Origin: Bugula neritina
Lineage: Eukaryota; Animalia; Bryozoa
Reading direction: 5' to 3'
Length of the DNA stretch: 64,000 bases
NCBI GenBank assembly: GCA_964035545.1
Contig: OZ037768.1
Location: 20,939,700 to 21,003,699, forward strand
The notes under the pieces were generated by a model. It did no database searches. It was not told the origin of the DNA and worked only from the letters and a program-made list of their open reading frames with translations. This document shows, piece by piece, positions 42,601-53,176 of the stretch. Each line of letters begins with the position of its first letter. Position 1 is the stretch's first letter. A program made the translations under genes and the position numbers.

Positions 42601-42995
42601 ACTTAGAATTTAATTAATACCTGTCTTTACTGGTAGAGATTGAGAGCTGACCACTTTAGTCAGACTGTAAAACGCCGACCTAGAAATTTTACACCGCTAA
42701 TCACCTAGAATTTATTCTAAATACTAAAAGGAAAGAATTTTGCTTTCTAGCCTTATATAATTTTGAATTAACTTTGTAAGATTTCTGCAAAATAAATTGA
42801 CTAAAAAAACTAGCTATGATATAATACTTGGCATATACTCACGGTAGTTAGTAACCACGGGTTTTCTCTTTCCACCTGTACCCAGTCTGTCTGAGAGTTG
42901 ACAAACACGCATTTGTTTGGTACCACATACTGCTGACCCAAGGCAGCGTTCAACAAAGACTTGCCCTTTGCTTCAAAAATACCTTTGGCAGACAT
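13207..42995 (-). CDS. ACLY: ATP-citrate lyase (ATP-citrate synthase), 26 coding exons, 1087 aa (1094 with microexon)
   Basis: Phase-consistent GT-AG exons, 5'->3': 42843-42995, 41415-41537, 35343-35405, 34819-34917, 34217-34314, 33744-33823, 33195-33325, 32987-33105, 32345-32546, 31883-32000, 31574-31752, [30452-30472], 29854-30050, 28834-28886, 28187-28407, 27894-28090, 26684-26765, 25664-25774, 24794-24921, 24504-24597, 22083-22237, 18939-19089, 17622-17765, 16189-16302, 14949-15031, 14362-14438, 13207-13298. Motifs: [43 protein letters not shown], catalytic [43 protein letters not shown]. Likely non-coding first exon with donor at 45537. Confidence 0.97.
15418..15960. repeat. (AGT)n/(AGC)n compound microsatellite with higher-order repeat
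   Basis: About 540 bp of AGT/AGC/GGT triplets in an ACLY intron; it produces the spurious poly-S, poly-L and poly-V ORFs. Confidence 0.95.
22262..22460. repeat. Purine-rich ~23-bp minisatellite upstream of an ACLY acceptor
   Basis: Degenerate units like GGTATGTGGAGGGAGAAAGAGT; pyrimidine-rich on the transcript strand. Confidence 0.8.
26452..26639. mobile_element. 188-bp MITE, Tc1/mariner-like termini
   Basis: Left end CAGTGCTCCCTCAATATCT vs reverse complement of right end CAGTGCTTCCTCCATATCT (17/19). Right flank TA, left flank CA. Confidence 0.65.
30452..30472 (-). CDS. ACLY: Candidate 21-nt ACLY linker microexon (NASAKNL)
   Basis: gattttag|AATGCATCAGCCAAGAACTTG|gtaagc, phase 0-0, between exons that end and start in phase 0. 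Confidence 0.55.
30853..31210. mobile_element. PIF/Harbinger (Tourist)-like MITE, copy 1
   Basis: TIR AGGCCTGGCCTCACGCT..., flanks TAA/TTA; internally similar along its length to 44130-44502. Confidence 0.85.
32005..32325. repeat. TACAGTAGATACTACAA-type minisatellite filling an ACLY intron
   Basis: Degenerate tandem units occupy nearly all of intron 32001-32344. Confidence 0.85.
34327..34434. repeat. 26-bp minisatellite, ~4 copies
   Basis: Unit CAGTATGAGTATTATATGTGAAGATA, immediately upstream (transcript sense) of the acceptor at 34315. Confidence 0.85.
35457..40909. mobile_element. 5.45-kb TIR DNA element in ACLY intron, TA-flanked, decayed internal coding sequence
   Basis: TA|CAGTACTATCTCCATATCTC ... 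GAAATACGGAGGAAGTACTG|TA (16/20 inverted match). It accounts for most of the largest ACLY intron (35406-41414). Ends resemble the MITE at 26452. No intact transposase recognised. Confidence 0.6.
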
Positions 42996-44129
42996 TTTCT
43001 CTATCAGATTGAGTTACAGCTGCAAAACCATTACGTGGAGTAGAGAAAGTCAAGTGAAATAATTAGTATAGCAGGGCTGCGATACATGACATCAAATTAA
43101 ATTATATGTTATTATCACTTAATCTTATAGCTGATCAATAGTTGCAATTAGAGCCAAGGGGCTTCACTCTGCCTAGTAATGCACGCCACTATTGAGATCA
43201 ATAAGATTTGGCCAAGCTTTAAATAAATACGAAATCAGACACACTTCCTATCCTATCGCTGCATGTAATTTTACTTGAACTTTATTGAACAGACTAACCA
43301 ACATGACATCAGTTTTGATACTGCCCACTGCCAGCAAACTGGTGTTCTCTAATATTAGCTGATCACCAATAATGCATCTCTTTCGCGCAGCATGCAAAAC
43401 CAATAAAGTAAATAAATCGGGGACTTTTATTTTTGGCTGTGATTTATAGCTTATAAATCTTTTTTCAAACCGATGTCCTTCCCATCAAGAAGTTTTCAAC
43501 TTTCTCAACAACCTATTAGGAACTCTCACTATATTACATTTTATTACTCATTTATTAGGAACTCTCGTTACACTTAATTTTCATGATCATCAAGGGGGAA
43601 TGTTAGAAAGAAACTGCAAACAATTTTAACAAAGATAACAAACAAGAAATAGGGTAAGAGTTTACCCTAATTTCCAAGCATAAATGCATAAGGTATATTC
43701 ACATCAGGATTTACTTCATTGTTTTAACAGGTCAAATTGCCTTTCAATGACAATAAAATCTATGAAAAACACTCATACTTTTACGGTTACTTTTCAATTA
43801 GCTGTTTTGCATGCCTTTAACTGATGAAAATGATTAAATGCTCACTAGAAGAGCAGTATGTTTAATGCATTTCACAATAGTAGAAAGTAGCAACTGGACC
43901 TGAACTATCATACAAAATAAATACTAAAATTGACTCAAAACAATTTCTACTTTGCAACTCTTATACCACATTTTAGGAAAACATGCACTTTGCTATGGTG
44001 ATAACCAGGTGAACATAATGGTAACTACTGTTACTAGGGTGACACAAATTGTATCAACTTCTTTTGAGCTTAGAGAATTCTAGCCAAACTAAATACCTAG
44101 AAAGCTACTTGTCCACATCCTCTCTCTTA

Positions 44130-44502
44130 AGGCCTGGCCTCACACTCGAGAGAATCACACGAAATCGTCTATTTGACATGAAAACACAACCATACGAAAA
44201 AATTTGAAGAAATTCTAACGAAATCGTCTTCGTTGGGTGTGCACAATGAAGATGATGAACAAAAAATAACAATCAACGATAAGCACCATTTTATTGGTCA
44301 ATAGAATTTTAGCAACAATGATTATTTCATTTTTGCCATGTTTCTACCCTTTTCTACTGTTTGTACCTCGTGCAAGACTCATTCACAGACTATTTATTAT
44401 GTGTTTTGTTCAACGAGTGTGTAGCTGGTCATAATGAGAGGATAACTCACGACAATATTCACACGAGTTTCGTGTGATTCTCACGAGCGTGAGGCCAGGC
44501 CT
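44130..44502. mobile_element. PIF/Harbinger (Tourist)-like MITE, copy 2
   Basis: 35-bp TIR AGGCCTGGCCTCAC(A/G)CTCG(A/T)GAGAATCACACGAAA, exact TTA target duplication. Confidence 0.9.
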
Positions 44503-44649
44503 TTAAACTAATGTAAAACTAAATAACTGTTTACTAAATGGAGATGATTTACAACACTCACTTGAAACCAAAAATAAAGAAGCAAAAATTAGTGTACATC
44601 AAAGATTTTAAAATTCATCTTTGCACTTTCTCTGGAACAAATTAATATT

Positions 44650-45465
44650 ACTTTTACTAATAGCAATAGTAATACTAATACTAAATTTAATAACATTAAG
44701 CTTAACAATATCAATTAGTATCACTAAATCTAATATTAATGGTAATTGCTATAACTATTAGTATAACTATTAGATTTAGTCCCTCTAAAAGTAAGCTAAA
44801 AGCAACTGCAAAGCCAAAGGTAATAGTTATACTAACACACCTTAATACAAGTTGAACTTATATTTATAATAGTAAAACACAAATAGTGAAATACTAATAC
44901 TTATAGACAATAGTATTAGTAATACTAATAGTAATAACAATACTAAAAGTAAATCTAAGACTGACACTAATAGTAATAGTAATACTATTACAAATTACTA
45001 ATACTAATAGTAATGCTAGTAGTATAATAATCAATACTATTGACAATAGTAATACTAATACGATTAGTATTAGTATTAGTAATAATAATAATATTACTAT
45101 TACTATTAGTTATACACTTATACTTTTACGGAGTTATACGCATAGTGATAGTCACACTAACACTAACAGTAACAGTAAGTGTAACTTTCATTTATTTTTA
45201 CAGTTTGAGTAAAACTAAACCTTAAAAATAAAATTACATAATTAAACCACTATCAGTATCAGAAAATTAACAAAAACTAGTAAATTTCTAAATCACTAAA
45301 TCAGTAATTGTAAATGCTATCAGAATTACTATTAGTGAATTACTGAAAGTAAAAGTTAAGTAAAACTAAAAGTAAATTACTATTAGTATTAGTATTACTA
45401 TTACTATTAGCCTACTATTACTATTGGTATTAGTATTACTACAGTACTAGTATTTAGTAGTAAAA
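44650..45465. repeat. Degenerate (ANT)n/hexamer-periodic tract in ACLY first intron
   Basis: Runs such as AGTAATACTAATAGTAAT, ACTATTAGTATT. Similar tracts at 36300-36830, 39500-40320, 46680-47130, 53860-54930 and 63140-63770. Confidence 0.75.
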
Positions 45466-46501
45466 TAAAATAGCGTTGTTCAATATCATCAACTTCAACT
45501 TGCTTAACCCTGTAGTCTATATATAGCAATGACTTACGCAAAAACAGACTTGGTTTTCAAACAATTTGCTTACAAGATTCAAGCCACCAAACGCCTAAAA
45601 TGTAAATCGTACGATCATGCAGACTGCTGATGATGCATGCATACATCAACTGATCGAGTGGGCCCATTCAAACTTATGACCTATGAAAGAAAAAAATTTG
45701 ACCCCCTGAATGTGATCTGCAGACTTGGAATAGCTTCTCGATTAGGCTTTTGATAATTTCAATTAGAAAATTTTTTTTCAATAATAGAGTATAGCTTTAC
45801 AGTTATTTTTGTATATAAAAAATTATTTTAATCTACTGGTGTTTTAAAATAGAAGTAGTTTAGCTATTACAATTATTATGGCTACCGCCACAGAACATAT
45901 AGCTTGGGGAGGAGACAATCAGTAATAACTTATAGCACATAATATCGCCATCAAGTAGACTGAGGGACACCGACCATAGTTTTGGTGCTGGCATAAATTA
46001 AGCCTCCCGGCTACAGAGCACATACAAGACTATCTTGAAGATAATGATCACTGAACTCAAAAGGTCTTTTCCAGTTCAATGATAATGATACTAATTGTGA
46101 ATTTCGCAAGCAGAAATCGTGTTCAAGTCTAAGTTTAAACATGAAAACCTATAACCCGCATCCTGCTTATTTTTGATTAAAACCAACGCACTTTAGAGAA
46201 AGGATAACTCCTATAAAACTCTACAATGCTGCACGCATTCATAAAATAATTTTTTTTTATCCATGTGGTTTACTTTATCTACCTAAATATTATATCTACC
46301 TTTGAAGATATCTACCTAAATAGAACATTTATTCTATTTCAGGGGTGAAACCTCACGGTTTACTACCATTACCTTGAGCCCTGTTTTTATAATCACGGGC
46401 TATATCGAAGAAAAACAGCGAATTCTACAGATTTCAGCTTTTCTGCCGCGAACACCCGGATCTGGAAGTCCTTGAACCATTTCATTGAAAACGCCAAGAC
46501 C

Positions 46502-49500
46502 ATGTCTGGGACGAACAACGTAAGTTTTGATTTACATTTAAAAATATTATATTTCAATAACCTCAATTAATTTTTAACCGTAAAATACTATATAGCGCCC
46601 AAAGTTTTTTAATAAATGAGTAGTCCGACAATTTAATTGGACTACGCTTAACTGTCTTGAAGTTGAAAATGAATCAGTATCACCGATCACGCTGTTGCCA
46701 TGCCCATTGTGATTGTCAAACTGATGGTGATTCTCATTCTGATTTTCATTCCGATTTCTAATCAATATTTTTGACACGGAGTTAATGTGAGTGTCACATT
46801 TTGGTTAAGTGTGACATGTACGCACTCTCACGCTTAGTGTGAGTAGTGAGTACAGACAATCAGTTTCACATCTCATCTACTTTGACTTTGAAAGTACCAG
46901 GCATTGCCTTTGGGCAATATCATTATCACTACCTGTAACACTAACTTTAAGTCACTGTCAGTGTTGGTGTAACTGTAAAGACTAATCACTAATGTGATGA
47001 TCCCTTAGTCTTACTGTTAGAACTTAGTCTTACCACTGTCTGAGATACAGTAACATTAACTGTAGTCTGACTGAATCACTAACAGCCAAAAACATAGCAA
47101 TGAGAGTTCAAACTTCAAGTTAAACTTCTAGTTGCTTAGTAGTAGTTTTTTTGTCAGCATACATGTAATTATATGAGCATCAGCATAAAACTAACAGTAA
47201 ATAGCTGTCAAAATGAATGATCTAGCAAAATAAGAGTTGAATCAGATCTACAGCAAGTCAAGTTAGTCTGACAATCCCAAGTTTAGGTATTCACAGTCAA
47301 TTTAAAACTATTTGCAAGTTGATTCAACGAGTCAGTCGTTATGTGTATATATGATAGATATCTAAATGATATCAATTACTGCTATGGGATGCTTTAAGTT
47401 TAAAATAACAATACCCCTAATGCTAATATTTTAAGCTTGCATTACTACAATTGTGGTACTTTTATTTTCGTTTTAAACTATGCTGACAAGTACTACAATT
47501 AGAATAATTGTTTTTGCACATGCTAAAGATGGTATTAGTTTATGATTTTCTCAGAATAAGCTTTAAATTCAATGTGTAGAATGTTGAATAAAGAGCGAAG
47601 GCATTTTTCAATGAAGAGAGTAATTACATGTCTTTTCCATGATTTTTAATATCCATGTAACTTAAATCGTGTAATGTTCTACTTGACTCTTGGCAAGCAC
47701 AAATAGATGGTTCACTTTTCACATTGACCAAAGTAATTTTTATTCAAAGCTATGCAAATTTGAAATGGAAGGAATCGGCCATTTTTTTTAGATAATTGAG
47801 ACTTGGGCATGTAGAAAATGAAGCTTAAAACTTGCTCATCTCTCTCAAAACATTGGATAAACCTTTCTTTTTAGACTAGCATTTTATTTTGTTTCAGCCA
47901 GTAGAAATCCAATGAGCAAAAATGAATTCCTTGATTTTTTCATTAGTACATGCGATATTGACTTCAACTACTGGTTGCGAATGCTTATTGAAAATGTTGG
48001 GTTTAGCATAGAAAAGAGTATTAATAATCTTATGGAGATCAAATAAGATCAGCTCATGTATCACTCTACTATACTTGCTATCATTAGCTCACCTGTGAAT
48101 GTAAATTTGAAATCATGAACTTAATGTTATAGTTATAAATGGAGTGGTACTGTTATTAGATTATTGATATTTTTAATAATATCAATTTAGATTCTTTTTA
48201 TCGTCACGGCATTGTAAAATAATGCTAACCTTGGGAGTTTAGATTATCTATTTCTAGGCTATCTGGCAGTAGAATAGTTCATGAGCCACAAGTTTTAGCT
48301 CGAAAGTTAGTGTAAAGCAAAGTAAAATGTCATAAAATAATACCAAGCATAGTAAAACGCTAATAGAAATTTCAATTCTAAATGAACATTGTAGTCTTTA
48401 TTTTATTTAAATGAAGTACAGTCTATGAAAAGGCTATTGTAAAATGAATCACAAGTGAGATTTCTGAATGGTTTTCCAAGATGATTAATGATTACAGTAA
48501 ACAATGTCAAGTATTTAGGTAGCACCTTCCATCTGTTGAATTTAAATGGCTTTATTGAAAGATGTCTTGTTTTTGACTATCATTTGAAATAGTTATTTTA
48601 AATTCTCGTATCTATACTAATCTTCAATTCATTTGTGTGGCCAACAGTTTCAAGTAAGTACAATTTTTCAATTTAATGTCTTCATGTTTCTGTCTATAGC
48701 TGTAATTACTATTTGTTTTAGGAATCGAAAACTGATGGAGCTGGACCCAGTGGGGACTCCAAAGAAACCACAGAATATATAACATTAAAAGTAGTTGGGC
48801 AGGTGGGTTGCTAATTTTGTTAGTTATCAACCTCAGTTGGAGACTAGTTGTTGTAGCAGCGTCACCAGGTTTTTGGTATCGGTGTAATTCTTATTTTCTC
48901 CATGCTTCTAGGACCAAGGATCAGAAATACACTTCAAAGTTAAAATGACTACACCCATGTCAAAATTAAAGAAAACTTACAGTCAAAAACAGGTGAGAAA
49001 TCCTTTTTATTATTCTGTTGACTTTGAATTTGTTGCCCACAAGTAGGAAATAATGATATATTATTTTTGCTCAACTTTTCAAAGTCTTTGTACCCAACAA
49101 TTTCTATTCACTTAGCATATTGCATTCAATAGTTTCATTTACCTTAAGCTTGTCTGCTGTTATTAGTGAAGTATTGCTTATAATTAACATTACTACAAGA
49201 TGTTGGTTACTATACTAGCTAGCCTTTTAATGGTGCATTCAATTGACAGACAACCATCTCAATGTAAGACTTATTATTTGGATCACCATAATTATAGCTT
49301 TGCATTCCCTTTTCAAACAGAGGCTTGGCTAAACATCTTATAAAACTTCTCCTTTTCAGGGTTTACCAGTTGGATCTCTCAGGTTTTTCTTTGATGGCCG
49401 GCGGATAGATGATGAAGAGACCCCTAGTAGTGTGAGTTACACTTTTACTTTCAATCTTTGATTGTATTTTCTTCTTTGCTCAATGAAGCCTTCAAACTTG

Positions 49501-49883
49501 TGCTGCATTTTTGTATTGATTAGAGTTAAGACTGTTTTCAAGATAGTAAAGGGACTAAAACCATTTTGGTATTGTAAGCAATGCTTGGGTTCACCAAACC
49601 TAGTTACACTGCATGATACTCAGTGCCAGCAACTGGCTGGTTATATATTGCTAACCATTGCATGCGTTACAGTGCAGCTATTGGTACTTGTATTAGATTT
49701 CATAATTTCCAACTATTGGCCAATAAGGAAGTGTTTAATGCTAAGTTCAGTAAGTTAGGCAAGTATAGGATATCTTACAAGGGTTGTCCTACTTGGTTAT
49801 GTTGCCTGTTGTAGCTGGGAATGGAAGATGATGATTGTATTGAAGTATATCAAGAACAAACTGGTGGCGTTGTACGTTCCTGA
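46502..49883 (+). CDS. SUMO1: Small ubiquitin-related modifier, SUMO1-like, 106 aa
   Basis: Phase-0 exons 46502-46519 (MSGTNN, least certain), 48722-48802 (...EYITLKVVGQ), 48912-48992 (DQGSEIHFKVKMTTPMSKLKKTYSQKQ), 49360-49431 (GLPVGSLRFFFDGRRIDDEETPSS), 49815-49883 (LGMEDDDCIEVYQEQTGGVVRS*). EIHFKVKMTT and QEQTGG are SUMO1-type. AATAAA at 50291-50296. Confidence 0.93.
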
Positions 49884-50591
49884 TCTCCCATCCTTCCACT
49901 CTAGACACTAAAATTTAGAACAATTTAAACACATTCAATATCTTACAATCACCTAGCATTGCTGATACAACCTGTCTTTTCTCTTGTAACATACTTCAAG
50001 TTGGAAACTCCGAATGTATCCGACAGCCACCAACTGCTGCATCTCTTTACACGCAGCATCCATGAAGTTGGTGCCAATCGTTGTGTTTCAATTAATTTCT
50101 TAAATCTAAAGTGAGACTGTGTTCCAAGGGATATTCATGTAGTTCTGCCTGTATATTACTGTGATGCATATTAACTTGTCTGGTTGATTGCATGTGTATA
50201 TCATTTTTAGTTCAGCATTGCCATTATGCTAGCTACTTGACTACGCGCTCTAAAATGTAGAACATTAATTGATATGTACATATATTTTCAAATAAAATTA
50301 TAAAACTCATGTTTTGTTTAGATGTTGGTTTATTATGAGTTTACAGAAACAGTTGAATGCAGTAAAAAACTAAACATTTAATAACAATCTACAATGTTGT
50401 GGTTTTTACAAGTTCAAGGGTCAACTATTAGTACAATTTTTACCCCATACTTACAATGTCTTAGTTTTTTTAAATTGAAGTATAAAGTTTGAGGTACATT
50501 GTATGATTTGTCAACCATTAGTAATTGGAGACATTTCATAAAAAGTGTTCTAATGTCAACTGTACATGATTACTGGCTTATGTGACGGCCT

Positions 50592-53176
50592 TCAAGTAGT
50601 ACTGAGCTTTGCCGGGTCCATATAGCCGCATTCACCAATTGCTCGCACCCCAACTCTGCCATTGGGCCGTATGGTGATGAAAGTCATACTGCCATTGTGA
50701 AGGCTCATGCGTAGCCATGCCTCAGGGGGCAACTGCAAAGCTCTGAAACAGAAGTTGGAGAAGTTGGTCCTGAACTTTACCATCAAATTTTTATACACCA
50801 AGATTTTAAGAGAGTTTACCAACCTGCACACGAAATATCTGATGACATTAGCATGGCACACCAGGACTTCATAGCTTGCCTCCTTTTGATTTGGGTCAGC
50901 TCGGTGAAAATATTTCCTAAAACCTGCCTCTATTCTTGCTCCCTCTTGAAAAAACTGCTAAAACAATGGAACACACTATGAGCATAACCTCAGTACCAAC
51001 AGGCAGATGCAACTTTTTACAATTAAACTAACTTTTTAACAAAAGAAAGGATTCTCTAACCTTACAACATGGCCGAGCTGAAGTTCAAGCCGAGTGTTGA
51101 AATTCAAAATGCATTAACATGCTTGAACTTTATGATCTGATGTACACTATAATACATGTTCACAATGCACCACAGTTTTGGTAGAGGCAATGCAAATATG
51201 AAGTGTTTAACGTGCAGAGTGTAATGTATAAACGGAATCTGCATTTCATATGGTAGATGATGTTCACTAAATGCAATGGTAATGGTAACCAACCTGAGCC
51301 TCAGGTCTCCAATGACCAATCGGAGGTTCGGGTGGTATGGGTGCCCCTTCCTCTATCAGAGAGCAATTCTCCACCGGTACGTCTTCAGGAAGATGAGATG
51401 AAATAATTTTACCCGTTTCCTGAGCCCGGGTCATTGTGGAATAGACTATTTTAGTTATGGGGTAGTTCAACTCCTTCAATCTCTTCCCAGTCATGTTAGC
51501 TTGCTCTTTGCCTAAGATCAGTAAATTAGGATATATAGCAACAGGAAGCTGGGGTTAGTTGCCACCTTTGGTCATTATTATTCCTATTTTATGCTGAGAT
51601 ACAAAAATTGTGTAGTTTTTAGTAATACTTAACAGCTGTTTAAGCAACTGATAGCAAACACATATGCCCCCTAGACAAACTTTGCCGCATCGTAAGCTAT
51701 AACGTAAAATAGTAGCCATTCTTACAACAAATGTCCAAGCTTCCTGTACGGCGTTGTCGTATGCTAGAGTCAAGCACTGATTGATTAAAAAAGTTGCTGC
51801 CGGCTCCTATTGGACAGGAAGACGTTCACTAGATAAAAAATGTCCAATGAAGTGTTATAGATCGTACCCAATAGCGAACTTGGAGAACTTCAGCCTGGAC
51901 ACATTAAAAATGGCTGATATCTTACGTTATGGTCTACGGTGCGGCACAGGGTGTCTAGGGGGATAGACTGCGAAAGAACCAAAGATGACTAACTGAAACG
52001 AACTCAACAGTCTATGTATTAAATACTAGTTGAAAATGCTGATTATGCAACAGAAAATGCAGATATAGGATAAATGAGTAGCAAAACCCACCCAACTCCG
52101 TCAAATATCTGTCTTGATCTTGTTTGCCGTTTAGATTGTATTGGCCATGTCTGATGAGAATGAGATGTCGAGTAGCTCTTGGTACTGCCACTTCTTTATC
52201 ACCCGAAGAATCCACTTCCTTACAGGGTGTCGGGCGACGACTATAGTAGACATTGAGCAATGAGCCACTCCACTACATCTAAGCATGTAAAACTAGCAGT
52301 AATAAACTACATTCTATTGAGTCATTCAACTGGAAACCCCAACTTAATTGATGCATGTAGTCTGCCTTTAGAAGCTGGGTCTACTAGTTAGAAGAAATGA
52401 CCTGTAAAGTGCAAGTTAAACGCCCAGCTTGTCGAAAGTAATGGCTGAGTGTGAGGACAGAACACAGCGGATGGTATAAAGATTTCATTACTTCCAGCAA
52501 ACTCTCCCAGTTTCAATTAGCAGCCTTTAAATATAAAGCTAGTTAATTAAAAAAAACCCCACATTCATGGTGATAATTGTGAAAGAATGATAAACATATT
52601 CAACTGTCCCAAGTAAATAAACATGTAATAATAAAATTTGTTTTCACATGTTATGCAGCGATAGATATATACTAGTTACTTGTGAGTTTAGCTTAAACTG
52701 GAAACTCTTACAATTTATCAAAATCTTAATCAAAATTTAAGTTAATGTTACAGATTTATAACATTCCAATTGATTTATTCACAACTATAAGAATCATCAA
52801 ACAACTAACCAGTATGCAAATTTAACCAAAACCATGTGAAAGAATATCAATATATAAAACCAAAAAACCAAAAAAATCTGAAATATAGGCTACACTAAAT
52901 GCAGAAATAATCGCACATCAGTTTTGCTTGGTTGGTTGGTTGCTTTAATCTTTACATATATTAATAGTATTTCACGAGAATAAAATGAGTAAACTGGACT
53001 GATAATAAACTCAGTACTAACCAATCCCAGTTGTCATCCCACTTCCTGGAAGGTTCTGGTGTGTTATGATGTGTTGTCCAACTAGCCTTCACTCTACTCT
53101 TTTCATAATATTCCTTCATCATAACCAAACTACCAGCTCCCACGATTCCTGTGATAGCAAAGCGACGGAACGCCAT
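50592..53176 (-). CDS. PGAM5: PGAM5 mitochondrial Ser/Thr/His phosphatase, copy A, 268 aa
   Basis: Exons 53022-53176, 52092-52240, 51294-51511, 50824-50957, 50592-50742. N-terminal hydrophobic segment, WDDNWD motif, [51 protein letters not shown]. Confidence 0.95.
51667..51962. mobile_element. ~300-bp unclassified MITE in PGAM5-A intron 2
   Basis: Imperfect ~55-75-bp inverted repeats beginning CCCCCTAGACA...GCCGCA. Opposite-strand ORFs translate alike ([18 protein letters not shown] vs [18 protein letters not shown]), which confirms the inversion. Confidence 0.8.
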
